NCBI GenBank assembly: GCA_965223795.1
Contig: CBDCXL010000002.1
Location: 160,001 to 224,000 of the forward strand
Origin: Nitrospinales bacterium
Lineage (GTDB): Bacteria; Nitrospinota; Nitrospinia; Nitrospinales; VA-1
Length of the DNA: 64,000 nucleotides
Reading direction: 5' to 3'
Shown: in pieces, positions 30,498 to 40,128 of the stretch
How positions within the stretch are numbered: position 1 is the stretch's first letter
Layout: the number at the start of each line of letters is the position of its first letter
Notes under the pieces: model-generated
The model's input: only the letters and a program-made list of their open reading frames with translations
What the model was told of the DNA's origin: nothing
Databases searched by the model: none
Made by a program: the position numbers and the translations under genes

Positions 30498-32604
30498 TCT
30501 GAAATCAAAACGACGGTCTTTGTGGGTCACGCTGGCTGTGTCCGTGGCGATTCACGGCGTCGTGTTTTATGTGGCGAGGGACTGGATTTTCGGCAGCACA
30601 CAGATCGCGGAACGGCCGCCGATCCGCATTCAGGCCGTGATCGAAAACCCCAAAGAAAAACCACCTGTCAAAAAACCGCGTAAGATAGAAAAACCAAAAG
30701 AAAATAAACCGAATGATAAAAAACCACAGCGGGCCATCGAACGCATGCCGGCAGCCCCCTCCGCCCCAACCCACTCACTCGCAAAGCTTAAGCCTAGACA
30801 CACCCCGGACGTGACACCCGCTCCTCCTCCACGCGCTACGGCGCAGAAACAACCGGCAGTTTCTTCGGCACAGGCAACCGCTGCCCGGCCCGTGCATCCG
30901 CACGAAGAAATGTTTCAAGCGGCGTCTCCAATTTCTCTTCACTCTGCCTCCGAAGCACCGCACGTCGCTTCGCTTCCGCATGAGCGGGCGGTGAGCGCAA
31001 TGCCCTTAGGAATGATAAACGCGGCCCGGTCTCCGGCAAGGCGTTCGCCTGTGCTGGGCATGATCGATTCACAACACACGCATCTTGAGCCGCGGCAGAT
31101 GGCGTCCCTGGCGGTTGAGACTTACTCAACCGCAAAGGCCCATACAGAATCGGCAAAGATGGCGCGGCACACACCGGCATACGTTACTCCGCGCGCGCCG
31201 CAACGCCTGTCTCCGGTCGTGGAGGCAAACCCGCGACCGGCTGCAACCGCGAGCCGTCACGCTGCGATTCTGAAATCCACCGCGGCCGTGACACCCCTGA
31301 GACCACGGACACTGACAGATACGCTCGCTGCCAGCTCGTTTCAAAAACAACCGGTTGTGCGGACAAACGATCTCGATGTGAATGCAATGTCGGCCACCGC
31401 CGCGGCTCCCGTTCAGCCGCTCTCTGCGGCCACAATCCCGGGGCAAACTCCCGTCGCATCTGCGCCGCGGAACGACCGGTCCATGCCGGCTGCGACCGCG
31501 CCGGTTTCCCCGCGGCAAGCCGCGGCATCTGGCAAATCCGGACGTCACGCTGCCAGCCCCGTGCCTGTGTCCCGACCTGCCGCCGGTGCTGTGGAAGCGA
31601 GGACCGTGGCGCAACTCAAAGCGCCTGCCGGCCTGGAATCCGCGCCCGCGAAGGCAGCCAGGTTTCATTCAACACGCGGTTCAAACCGGCGCAGTGACAC
31701 GTCGCAGGCAATCCGTTCCATCAGCGACACCCAGGATCCCGCAAGCGTCTCTAAACAGGCAGCGGTGGGAAGCGACCGCGCTGCCCCGGCTGCTTCGGCA
31801 ACGGCGTCTTTGCGGCAGGCAGCCGCGTTTAACCAGGCAGAGCAAATTCCTGCCGGGCCCGCCTCATCGTCCGGACACACTGCCGAAGCGGCGAAACCAC
31901 AGACCGCGGCGCAACTGATAACGCCCGATCATCTTAAGCCCGCGCCTGCAAAAGCGGCCGCACCGCATAGGCTCGGGAATTCCGGCAGCGGGCCCATCAC
32001 GGCCAATGCCATCCGCCCGATCAGCGAATCCCACGTTCTGGAAAGAGCCGATAACCCAACACCGGCCTATTCCTCTAACGGAAAAGGAGGGTCGCTGACG
32101 CCCGCTTCCGCAAAACGGATCGAGCCATCGCCGGTCAATCCGACTGCACAGGCAGGACAGCGTCCCGTATCCATTAAAGGTAGCCGGCAGACCGAGGCGC
32201 GGATTCCGGCGCGCAAACCGCTGAAATCGGCGGCGCTTTCCATAGATTCTGCAAAGGCGAGCCCGCTCTCCCCCGAACCGTCCGAGAGCCCATCCGCCAA
32301 TGTGGACACAATTCGCAAGGGCTTTTTGAAGGTGGTTTGGAGTAAAATATTTGAAGAAAAGTACTATCCCCAGTCCGCCCGGGACCGTGGCTATGAAGGG
32401 ATGCCCGTGGTGGCGTTCACCCTGGGGAAAAACGGCGACTTGAAAGACTATTCCATTGTAAAATCATCGACGCATAAACTGCTGGATCGAGCGGCGCTGG
32501 ATGCGGTGAAGTCGGCGAGTCCGTTTCCGCCCATTCCCGGCCCGCTCAAACAGGATTCAATCCGTTTCAATCTTCCTATATCTTTTATACTGGAGGAGCC
32601 ATGA
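30487..32604 (+). CDS. tonB: Unusually long TonB-family energy transducer (about 705 aa)
   Basis: N-terminal TM with SxxxH (SVAIH), long Ala/Pro/Ser linker, C-terminal YP..AR..G.EG...SS.H..LD.AAL.AV....PFPP TonB_C domain. Confidence 0.8.
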   Translation: MRFDLKSKRRSLWVTLAVSVAIHGVVFYVARDWIFGSTQIAERPPIRIQAVIENPKEKPPVKKPRKIEKPKENKPNDKKPQRAIERMPAAPSAPTHSLAKLKPRHTPDVTPAPPPRATAQKQPAVSSAQATAARPVHPHEEMFQAASPISLHSASEAPHVASLPHERAVSAMPLGMINAARSPARRSPVLGMIDSQHTHLEPRQMASLAVETYSTAKAHTESAKMARHTPAYVTPRAPQRLSPVVEANPRPAATASRHAAILKSTAAVTPLRPRTLTDTLAASSFQKQPVVRTNDLDVNAMSATAAAPVQPLSAATIPGQTPVASAPRNDRSMPAATAPVSPRQAAASGKSGRHAASPVPVSRPAAGAVEARTVAQLKAPAGLESAPAKAARFHSTRGSNRRSDTSQAIRSISDTQDPASVSKQAAVGSDRAAPAASATASLRQAAAFNQAEQIPAGPASSSGHTAEAAKPQTAAQLITPDHLKPAPAKAAAPHRLGNSGSGPITANAIRPISESHVLERADNPTPAYSSNGKGGSLTPASAKRIEPSPVNPTAQAGQRPVSIKGSRQTEARIPARKPLKSAALSIDSAKASPLSPEPSESPSANVDTIRKGFLKVVWSKIFEEKYYPQSARDRGYEGMPVVAFTLGKNGDLKDYSIVKSSTHKLLDRAALDAVKSASPFPPIPGPLKQDSIRFNLPISFILEEP

Positions 32605-33329
32605 TCCTTAACCCAAAAATCGGGGCTTTTTTTCTGGCCGTCTGGTTGTGGGCGTCCCCCGGCATCGCGGAAGTGCTTCAGATCGACAGCGACTTCGACG
32701 GCAAACTCGATCAGTGGCACGAGATGTCCGACAACGGGCAACTGGTCAAGGTCGAGTACGACACCAACGGCGACGGCAAACTCGATCAGGTGGACATCTT
32801 CGAGGGCAACAAAAGTCCGGTGCTGGCGAAGCTGGACCGCAACTTCGACGGCGTGCTGGACCAGTTCCAGTTCTACAGCAAGGACGGCAGGCTGGAACGG
32901 GTCGAGAAGGACTCCCGCTTCAAAGGCCTGGTCGACTGGAAAGAGTATTTCGGTTCCAACAAGAAACCGACCCGCATCGAGTCGGACAACAATCTCGACG
33001 GCAAGATGGACGTGTTCCAGTTTTTCAACGCCGAGGGAAACCTCGTCCGCGCGGAATTCGACACGGAACATAAGGGCCGCATCGACCGCTGGGAATATTT
33101 CACGGGAGACAATATTTTACAATCGGCGGCGTTCGATTCGAACGGCGACGGCAAGCAGGATCAGTGGCAGTACTTCGTCGATTCCAACCGGCTCGAAAAG
33201 GTGGAGTTCGACGTCAATTTCGACGGCAACGTGGACCGCTGGGAGTATTTCGATCCCGATGGCAAGCTGTTGCGCGTGGAATTGGATCGCAATCACGACG
33301 GGAAAATGGATCTCGTCCAAAGAAAATAA
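32601..33329 (+). CDS. Secreted protein with nine ~25-aa DxDxDGxxD repeats (putative Ca/metal-binding)
   Basis: Signal peptide; repeats DSDFDGKLD, DTNGDGKLD, DRNFDGVLD, DNNLDGKMD, DSNGDGKQD, DVNFDGNVD, DRNHDGKMD and others; ATGA overlap with tonB. Confidence 0.75.
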   Translation: MILNPKIGAFFLAVWLWASPGIAEVLQIDSDFDGKLDQWHEMSDNGQLVKVEYDTNGDGKLDQVDIFEGNKSPVLAKLDRNFDGVLDQFQFYSKDGRLERVEKDSRFKGLVDWKEYFGSNKKPTRIESDNNLDGKMDVFQFFNAEGNLVRAEFDTEHKGRIDRWEYFTGDNILQSAAFDSNGDGKQDQWQYFVDSNRLEKVEFDVNFDGNVDRWEYFDPDGKLLRVELDRNHDGKMDLVQRK

Positions 33330-33341
33330 ACGGAGTGTTTG

Positions 33342-33761
33342 ATGATTTCACATTGCAAGCTGGGGAGCGTACTCCTTCTGGGTCTGTTTCTGGCTTCCTG
33401 CTCCCCCCAGCCGACCAAGCAGGTTTCACCGGAAGCCCAGAAAGGCCAGAAAATTTTTCACCAGGTCTGCGCCAACTGTCACGGGCCCGACGCGATGGGC
33501 GACCACACCAAAGCCCCCAAATTGATCGACGTGGAGTTTCTGGCGCCCAATTTTTCGGACGATGAAATCCGGGAAACCATCGTCAAGGGCATCAACAAAA
33601 TGCCCTCGCAGCGCAGCAAGGTCTCGGATGAAGAGATCGACGAAATCATCAAATACCTGCGTTTCTCACAGAACGCCGCCGGGCTGGCGGTGGAAGACGA
33701 ACCGGAAGAGGATGAGGGTATGGTTTTCGAAGAGGAAACCACAGAGGACACGGCTTCCTGA
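33342..33761 (+). CDS. Monoheme cytochrome c lipoprotein with acidic tail
   Basis: Lipobox LASC, CANCH heme motif, distal Met in KMP. Confidence 0.85.
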   Translation: MISHCKLGSVLLLGLFLASCSPQPTKQVSPEAQKGQKIFHQVCANCHGPDAMGDHTKAPKLIDVEFLAPNFSDDEIRETIVKGINKMPSQRSKVSDEEIDEIIKYLRFSQNAAGLAVEDEPEEDEGMVFEEETTEDTAS

Positions 33762-33825
33762 ACGTTTGCCCTCGAACCCTTTTCACTCTGAACGCCGGCC
33801 GAATTTTGGTTGAGGATGCGCTCCG

Positions 33826-34899
33826 ATGTCCGATGCAATCGCAATCACGCTCAAGGAAATCGCTCCGGTTCCGGCCGCAGCGATGCGAGACGCCCAGGCG
33901 CATCTCGACCGGCTGACGAAACCGGTGGGGAGCCTGGGACGGCTTGAAGAGCTGGCCTGTCGGCTCGCGGCCATCTTCTCCCCTGATCCGCCCGTGCTGC
34001 GAAAAAAAACCGTGTTCGTGTTCGCGGCCGATCACGGCGTCGCCCAAGAAGGCGTCAGCGCGTACCCGGCGGACGTGACGCCGCAGATGGTGCTCAACTT
34101 CCTCAACGGCGGCGCGGCGATCAATGTGCTGGCGAAACACGCGGGCGCGGAAGTCGTCGTGGTGGACATGGGCGTCGCTCACGATTTCGGACCGCTGCCG
34201 GATCTTCTCGACCGGAAAATCGCGCACGGCACGCGGAACATGGCCGTAGGCCCCGCCATGACGCGGGAGCAGGCGGAACGGGCGGTGTGCACCGGCATCG
34301 AGCTGGCGCGTGAATGGACGGCGAACGGCGCCGATCTCCTGGCGGTGGGCGAGATGGGCATCGGCAACAGCACCGCGGCTTCGGCCCTGCTTTCGGTGTA
34401 CGGCGGACGGCCCGTACAGGAGGTGACGGGAACCGGAACGGGCATCGACGCGGACGCACTCAAACAAAAGATCGCGGTGATCGAACGCGCCATCGCGTTG
34501 AACCAGCCGGATGCGGAGGACCCGCTGGACGGCCTCGCCAAGGTCGGCGGGTTCGAGATCGCCGCCATCACCGGATGCGTTCTGGGGGCTGCGGCCTGCC
34601 GCAGGCCGGTGGTGATCGACGGGTTGATCTCGAGCGCGGGAGCGCTTCTGGCTCATCAACTCGAAACGGCGGTGGCCGATTACATCTTCTGCTCACACCG
34701 GTCCACGGAGCCGGGCCACGCGGTGTTCTTCGAACGCTTCGGCGGCGCGCCGCTGTTCGATTTTTCCATGCGGCTTGGCGAAGGCACCGGCGCGGCGCTG
34801 GCGATCTCCATGCTGGAAGCGGCGGTGCGCCTCTACTCGGAGATGGCGACCTTCGAGAGCGCGCAGGTGTCCCCGCGCGTCAACGGGGGTGCTCCGTGA
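33826..34899 (+). CDS. cobT: Nicotinate-nucleotide-DMB phosphoribosyltransferase
   Basis: LTKP.GSLG.LE, AADHGV, GEMGIGNST, GGFEIA, RLGEGTGA. Confidence 0.95.
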   Translation: MSDAIAITLKEIAPVPAAAMRDAQAHLDRLTKPVGSLGRLEELACRLAAIFSPDPPVLRKKTVFVFAADHGVAQEGVSAYPADVTPQMVLNFLNGGAAINVLAKHAGAEVVVVDMGVAHDFGPLPDLLDRKIAHGTRNMAVGPAMTREQAERAVCTGIELAREWTANGADLLAVGEMGIGNSTAASALLSVYGGRPVQEVTGTGTGIDADALKQKIAVIERAIALNQPDAEDPLDGLAKVGGFEIAAITGCVLGAAACRRPVVIDGLISSAGALLAHQLETAVADYIFCSHRSTEPGHAVFFERFGGAPLFDFSMRLGEGTGAALAISMLEAAVRLYSEMATFESAQVSPRVNGGAP

Positions 34900-35807
34900 A
34901 AACCGGGCTGCGCCTCGCACTCCTACTGCTCCTTGCATTCTCTGCCCTGCCCGCCTTTGCCTTCGACGACGATTCGACCGACGACACGCGCAGCCTGCTT
35001 GAGATCCGCACGATCTGCGGCAACGGGCGCACGGTGCTCGACACGGATCTCAACAAGTTTTCCTGCGCGGGCGACGAGGTGTACCTCAACCAGCTGGAGT
35101 CCGGGCTGTTCAAGAACGGTGAGGAGATCACGCACGAACGGGTTCTCGACTTCAAGGTGTCCCGCGGCGGCGCGGTTTACTACCTGACCGAAATCGGCCC
35201 GTACCTCCATGATGAAGGCGGCCGTCTCAACAGCAATGGCGGCACGGTGGTGCTGTTTCTGGTTTCCTCAAGCGGCGACGTGGTCTATCTCAACGACCGC
35301 GGCGACGTGTTTAAAAACGGCAGGGAGATCAACCGCGGTCCGGCGCGGGTGCGCATCGAATCGGTGGAAATCTCTTTCCTCAGTGAACGGATCGACCTGA
35401 TCCTCAACCCGGCGGTGGCGCGCAACGGCAAGGCGATCTACATCAACGAGGGGGGCCAGCTTTTCGTGGACGGCGACCGCATCAATCCGCTGACCAGCAA
35501 CAACCTCCTGGCGTTCAAGATCAACTCCACGGGAGACGTTTATTATCTGGACGATCAGAACCGGCTGTTCCGCAACAAGGTGCGGCTGTTCGACGGCCGT
35601 TTCCGGGTGATCGAATTTCAGCTTTCCAATGTGGGCGAGGTGGCGTACCTCACCGACGGGATCTCCAAGAACCTGTATCTGGAAGACCACCCGCTGTCGG
35701 CAGGCGCGACCCGTGTGGTGAGTTTCCGCTTCAACAGCCGGGGGGAAATCGTCTATCAGGACGCACTGGGCCGGACCTGGAAAAACGGCCGGCGCCTCGA
35801 CCGCTGA
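34896..35807 (+). CDS. Exported protein with about seven beta-propeller-like repeats
   Basis: GTG start overlapping the cobT stop (GTGA), signal peptide, repeats of F.(V/I)..xG.VxYL...G.LF.NG. Confidence 0.7.
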   Translation: MKTGLRLALLLLLAFSALPAFAFDDDSTDDTRSLLEIRTICGNGRTVLDTDLNKFSCAGDEVYLNQLESGLFKNGEEITHERVLDFKVSRGGAVYYLTEIGPYLHDEGGRLNSNGGTVVLFLVSSSGDVVYLNDRGDVFKNGREINRGPARVRIESVEISFLSERIDLILNPAVARNGKAIYINEGGQLFVDGDRINPLTSNNLLAFKINSTGDVYYLDDQNRLFRNKVRLFDGRFRVIEFQLSNVGEVAYLTDGISKNLYLEDHPLSAGATRVVSFRFNSRGEIVYQDALGRTWKNGRRLDR

Positions 35808-35836
35808 CCCCGCAGCCCCGCTTCAGACCTCGATGC

Positions 35837-35865
35837 TTGACACCTTCCGTTTTTTTGTCTAGATT
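35837..35865 (+). promoter_or_regulatory. Sigma70-type promoter for dapL
   Basis: TTGACA, 17-nt spacer, TAGATT. Confidence 0.55.
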
Positions 35866-35933
35866 GTTCGGCTGAACTCCATTCACCATCACCACTCACA
35901 CCCCTCGTTCGGGAATCCGGAGACCCTGGCACT

Positions 35934-37175
35934 ATGGCTGAGAAAGAAAGTTACATCCAATCCCTCTTCGCGCAGCGGCTGGGAGGGAGCGCGTTCGGCA
36001 AAGACACGAAGATTTACAAATTCGAAAAGATCAAGCGGGCCAAGCGCGCCGCCCAGGCGGCTCACCCCGACAAGGAACTGTTCGACATGGGCGTCGGGGA
36101 ACCGGATGAAATGGCGTTTCCCGGTGTGGTGAAAACCCTGCAGCTGGAGGCGGAAAAACCGGAGAACCGCGGCTACACGGACAATGGCATCCAGGAGTTC
36201 AAGGATGCGGCGGTGAAATACATGAACGACATCTTCGGCGTTGGGGGACTCGATCCCGACAAACACATCAACCACACGATCGGCTCCAAACCGGGACTGG
36301 CGATGTTTCCCACGATTTTCATCGATCCGGGAGACGTCATCCTCATGACGGTTCCGGGCTATCCGGTGATGGGCACGCACAGCCAGTTTCTGGGAGGCAG
36401 CGTCGTCAACCTGCCGCTGAAGGAAGAGAACGGTTTTCTTCCCGACCTCAAAAGCATCGATGCCAAAACGCTGCAAAAAACCAAGGTGCTGTATCTCAAC
36501 TACCCGAACAACCCCACAGGAGCCAACGCCACGCGCGCGTTTTATGAAGAGGTCGTCGCGTTCGCCAAAAAGAACAACGTCATCGTGGTGCAGGACGCCG
36601 CCTACGCGGCATTGACCTACGACAACGAGCCGCTGAGCTTTCTTTCGGTTCCGGGGGCGATGGATGTGGGCGTGGAGTTTCATTCGCTCTCGAAAGCCTA
36701 CAACATGACGGGCTGGCGGCTGGCGTTCGTGGTGGGCAACGAACTGATCGTGAACGGCGTCGCGCATGTGAAGGACAACATCGACTCCGGCCAGTTCGGC
36801 GCGATTCAGAAAGCCGGTGTGCACGCGCTCAACAATCCGGACATCACACGGCAGATCACGGAAAAGTACCGGCGCAGGCTTTCGCTCATGGTGGACACGC
36901 TCAAGTCGGTTGGTTTCCAGGCGTCGATGCCGGGCGGTTCGTTCTTTTTGTATGTGAAAGCGCCGAAGGGCATCGAGGGCGGGCCGGACTTCGCCACGGG
37001 CGAGGATTTTTCGCAATACCTGATCAAGGAAATGATGATCTCCACCGTGCCCTGGGACGACGCGGGACCGTATGTGCGATTTTCGGCGACGTTCAACGCG
37101 AAAGAGTCTACGGACGAAACCCGCATCATGGATGAGATCAAACAAAGACTGTCCGCGGTGAAGTTCAAGTTTTAG
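35934..37175 (+). CDS. dapL: LL-diaminopimelate aminotransferase
   Basis: DMGVGEPD, IGSK, LNYPNNPTG, QDAAY, SLSKAYNMTGWR; N-terminus YKFEKIKRAK typical of DapL. Confidence 0.85.
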   Translation: MAEKESYIQSLFAQRLGGSAFGKDTKIYKFEKIKRAKRAAQAAHPDKELFDMGVGEPDEMAFPGVVKTLQLEAEKPENRGYTDNGIQEFKDAAVKYMNDIFGVGGLDPDKHINHTIGSKPGLAMFPTIFIDPGDVILMTVPGYPVMGTHSQFLGGSVVNLPLKEENGFLPDLKSIDAKTLQKTKVLYLNYPNNPTGANATRAFYEEVVAFAKKNNVIVVQDAAYAALTYDNEPLSFLSVPGAMDVGVEFHSLSKAYNMTGWRLAFVVGNELIVNGVAHVKDNIDSGQFGAIQKAGVHALNNPDITRQITEKYRRRLSLMVDTLKSVGFQASMPGGSFFLYVKAPKGIEGGPDFATGEDFSQYLIKEMMISTVPWDDAGPYVRFSATFNAKESTDETRIMDEIKQRLSAVKFKF

Positions 37176-37237
37176 CGGACTGCCGGGCGGCATTGAGTCC
37201 GTCCGTGGAGACAATCCGCGAGAGCGGATGGCATGAC

Positions 37238-37732
37238 ATGGAACACCTCGCTTACATCGGAATCGGCTCCAACCTGGGACTGCCCGAGGAAAATTGCAAC
37301 CAGGCGATCGAACTGATCGCCGGCCATCCCGACATCGCAGTGCTGAAGCGCTCCGCGTTGTACGAATCGGAACCGGTGGGCGTGACGGATCAGGCCTGGT
37401 TCGTGAACGGGGCGGTGAAAGTGCGGACGGAACTGGATCCGGGCCCGCTGCTTCTGGAACTGCTGACGATCGAAAACGAAATGGGCCGGGTGCGCCAGCA
37501 CAAATGGGGACCGCGCATCATCGATCTTGACCTTTTGCTGTACGAAGACCAGGTGCTGCACTCGCCCGATCTGGATCTCCCGCATCCGGAATTGGCGCGC
37601 CGCGGGTTCGTGCTGCTCCCTCTCTGCGACCTGGACCCTGGATTCATCCATCCGGTCGAACGCAAATCCCTCGAAACGCTTTTGTCCGAACTTCCGGACG
37701 ATCAGACGGTGCGGCGGCTGCCTTCAGTGTGA
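37238..37732 (+). CDS. folK: 2-amino-4-hydroxy-6-hydroxymethyldihydropteridine diphosphokinase
   Basis: YIGIGSNLG, YESEP, WGPRIIDLDLL, LPHP..R.FVL.PL. Confidence 0.93.
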   Translation: MEHLAYIGIGSNLGLPEENCNQAIELIAGHPDIAVLKRSALYESEPVGVTDQAWFVNGAVKVRTELDPGPLLLELLTIENEMGRVRQHKWGPRIIDLDLLLYEDQVLHSPDLDLPHPELARRGFVLLPLCDLDPGFIHPVERKSLETLLSELPDDQTVRRLPSV

Positions 37733-38914
37733 CGCGTCGAGCTCCACCATCTCGGTCGCCGCGATCGCTTTTTCCGCAAGTTCACTCCAGGGGAAACGCG
37801 ATTCATCCCTTGCCAGCACATCCTCGCGGCTTTTGGTCACCGGCCGGTCGGGCATGAACACGGAGCAGCAGTCGGGCTGCGGTTCGATGCTGGTCTCGAA
37901 GGTGCCGATTTTTTTCGCGCGGGCGATGATCTCCTGTTTTTCCATGCCGATGAGTGGACGGAACACGCTCATCGGCACGACCGACGACACAGCCGCCAGA
38001 TTCTCCAGCGTCTGCGACGCCACCTGCCCGAGCGACTCGCCGGTGACCAGGCCGAGATACCGGTTGGTTTCGGCGATGGACCGGGCGATGCGGTACATCA
38101 TCCTGCGGTAGAGCACCACGCGGTTGGCGGGAGTGCAGGCGTCGCGGATGGCCACCTGCATGTCCTGAAAAGGCACGACGAACAACCGGCTTTTCTGCTG
38201 GTAGCCGTTGAGGATGCGCGCCAGCTTGACGACTTTGTCGTGACCGCCGCGGCCCAGAAAAGTGCGGTTATCGAAGAAGATGAAATGCACGCGGCAGCCG
38301 CGCGCCATCATGAGATACGACGCGACCGGGCTGTCGATGCCGCCGGAGAGCAGGCTCAGCACTTCGCCGGAGCTGCCGACGGGAAGGCCGGGGATGCCCG
38401 GAACGCGCTGGTCGAACAGGACGGTCTCCTGCCGGTCGAGCTCGATTTCGATCACCCGGTCGGCGTTTTTGATATCCACGGTCAAGCCTTTTTGCGCCAG
38501 CGCGCCCATGATGCGGGACCCGACGGCGTGGTTGATTTCGGTCGAAGTCATGGGATAGGCCTTGTCACGGCGATGGGTCTGCACGCAGAACCGAAGCGTC
38601 TGACCTTCCGTCAGATGCGGCTCGACCCGTTCGATGCCCAGCCGGGCCATGTCCTCGACTTCAGGGGCAACGGGAATGCCGACGCTGAATGAGGAAATGC
38701 CGGGCACTTTCGGCAGGCGGCGGGCGCATTCTTCGGCGCGGCGCTGGTCCGTGTCGATGAGGATGCGGCCGCGCGGCACGCGAAAGCGCAGCCCTTCCAG
38801 ACCGGCGAGCGCGGCGCGGATGTTGTTCAGCAGGCAGGTTTCGAAGAACCTGCGGTTTTTTCCTTTGAGAGCGATCTCGTCGTAGCGGATGACGACGATC
38901 CATTGTTCCGTCAT
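37724..38914 (-). CDS. thiI: tRNA 4-thiouridine synthase (no rhodanese domain)
   Basis: RYDEIALKGKNR, THUMP region, LLSGGIDSPVA, TGESLGQVASQT, DCC. Confidence 0.92.
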   Translation of the reverse strand: MTEQWIVVIRYDEIALKGKNRRFFETCLLNNIRAALAGLEGLRFRVPRGRILIDTDQRRAEECARRLPKVPGISSFSVGIPVAPEVEDMARLGIERVEPHLTEGQTLRFCVQTHRRDKAYPMTSTEINHAVGSRIMGALAQKGLTVDIKNADRVIEIELDRQETVLFDQRVPGIPGLPVGSSGEVLSLLSGGIDSPVASYLMMARGCRVHFIFFDNRTFLGRGGHDKVVKLARILNGYQQKSRLFVVPFQDMQVAIRDACTPANRVVLYRRMMYRIARSIAETNRYLGLVTGESLGQVASQTLENLAAVSSVVPMSVFRPLIGMEKQEIIARAKKIGTFETSIEPQPDCCSVFMPDRPVTKSREDVLARDESRFPWSELAEKAIAATEMVELDASH

Positions 38915-40101
38915 TTACCGGCCGCGTTTTTCAGGAAGGTGGGGAAGAGCACCGCGTGGGCTTTGGCAAACGCTTCCAAAAAACGCTCGACATGCCCGGC
39001 CGTGTTTTCGGGACCGAAGGAGATCCTGAGGCTGCAACGCGCCTCCTCTTCGGTTCTGCCGAGGCCGGTGAGGATCTGCGAGGGTTCTTTGGAGTGTGCG
39101 CTGCACGCACTGCCCAGGCCCACGTAGATCTCCTGTTCCTCCAGATGATGCAGGAGCACCTCTCCCTCAACGGGGGGAAAGCTGAAATTCACAATAGACG
39201 GAGACTGCCGCGACGCATCGTCCACCGGCAGGGAATTGAATTTCAGATTGAGATTGCCGCACCGCGATTCCAGCTCCATGAGTCCTGCGATCAAAAGACC
39301 GCTCAGTTTCCGGTAATGCGCTTCGTTTTCGTTCTGCGTCGCGGCCGCGAGGCGGACGCTTTCCGCCAGCCCCACGATCAAGGGCAGCGGCAGGGTTCCC
39401 GAACGGACGCCGCCCTGCTGTCGGCCGCCGTGAATCTGCGGAGCGAGCGACAAGCGGGAGTCGTAAGCCAGCAGCCCGATGCCTTTGGGCCCCTGAATTT
39501 TGTGGGCCGACACCGAATAGCCGGAGACGCCCTGCCAAAGTTCCCCGGCGATCGCCAGCTTGCCCACAGCCTGGACACCGTCGAGGAAAAGACGGGTCTG
39601 CGGCGCTTCCCGCTTGAGCGCCGCCGCCAGGGGGGACGGCGGATTGACGGTCCCGAGCTCGTTGTTGACGTGCGAGAGACAAAGCAGCCGGACGCGGTTT
39701 TCCTTGAGAAGCGGTATCGCGGACAAATCGAGCCGGCCTTCTTTCTGATGGTCGAGCAGCACAAGCGGTGCGTTGCCGAACGGCTCCAGGGAGCGCAAAG
39801 ACTGGGTGACGCTGGGGTGCTCCAGCCCGAGACAGGCGGTTTTGCGGTCGGGAAAGCAGAGCCCCTTGATGAACAGGTTGTTCGATTCGCTGCCGCCGCT
39901 GGTGAACACGATCCGGTGCGTGGACGGGATGCGCAGGGCCTCGGCGATCTGACCGGCGGCGGATTCGATGCGGCGTTTGGCGTCGAGACCGATCCGGTAC
40001 ACCGTGCCTGAATTGGCGAATTCTTCGCGCATGGCGCGGGTCACGGTTTCGGTCACCCTGGGGTGCATGGGCGTGGTCGCGGCGTGGTCCAGGTAAATCA
40101 T
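38911..40101 (-). CDS. Cysteine desulfurase (IscS/NifZ-like)
   Basis: IYLDHAATTP, FTSGGSESNN, SAHK.GPKG, GSACS; coupled to thiI. Confidence 0.9.
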   Translation of the reverse strand: MIYLDHAATTPMHPRVTETVTRAMREEFANSGTVYRIGLDAKRRIESAAGQIAEALRIPSTHRIVFTSGGSESNNLFIKGLCFPDRKTACLGLEHPSVTQSLRSLEPFGNAPLVLLDHQKEGRLDLSAIPLLKENRVRLLCLSHVNNELGTVNPPSPLAAALKREAPQTRLFLDGVQAVGKLAIAGELWQGVSGYSVSAHKIQGPKGIGLLAYDSRLSLAPQIHGGRQQGGVRSGTLPLPLIVGLAESVRLAAATQNENEAHYRKLSGLLIAGLMELESRCGNLNLKFNSLPVDDASRQSPSIVNFSFPPVEGEVLLHHLEEQEIYVGLGSACSAHSKEPSQILTGLGRTEEEARCSLRISFGPENTAGHVERFLEAFAKAHAVLFPTFLKNAAGK

Positions 40102-40128
40102 GTCAATGCTTCCGGTTGCGGGATCGGT

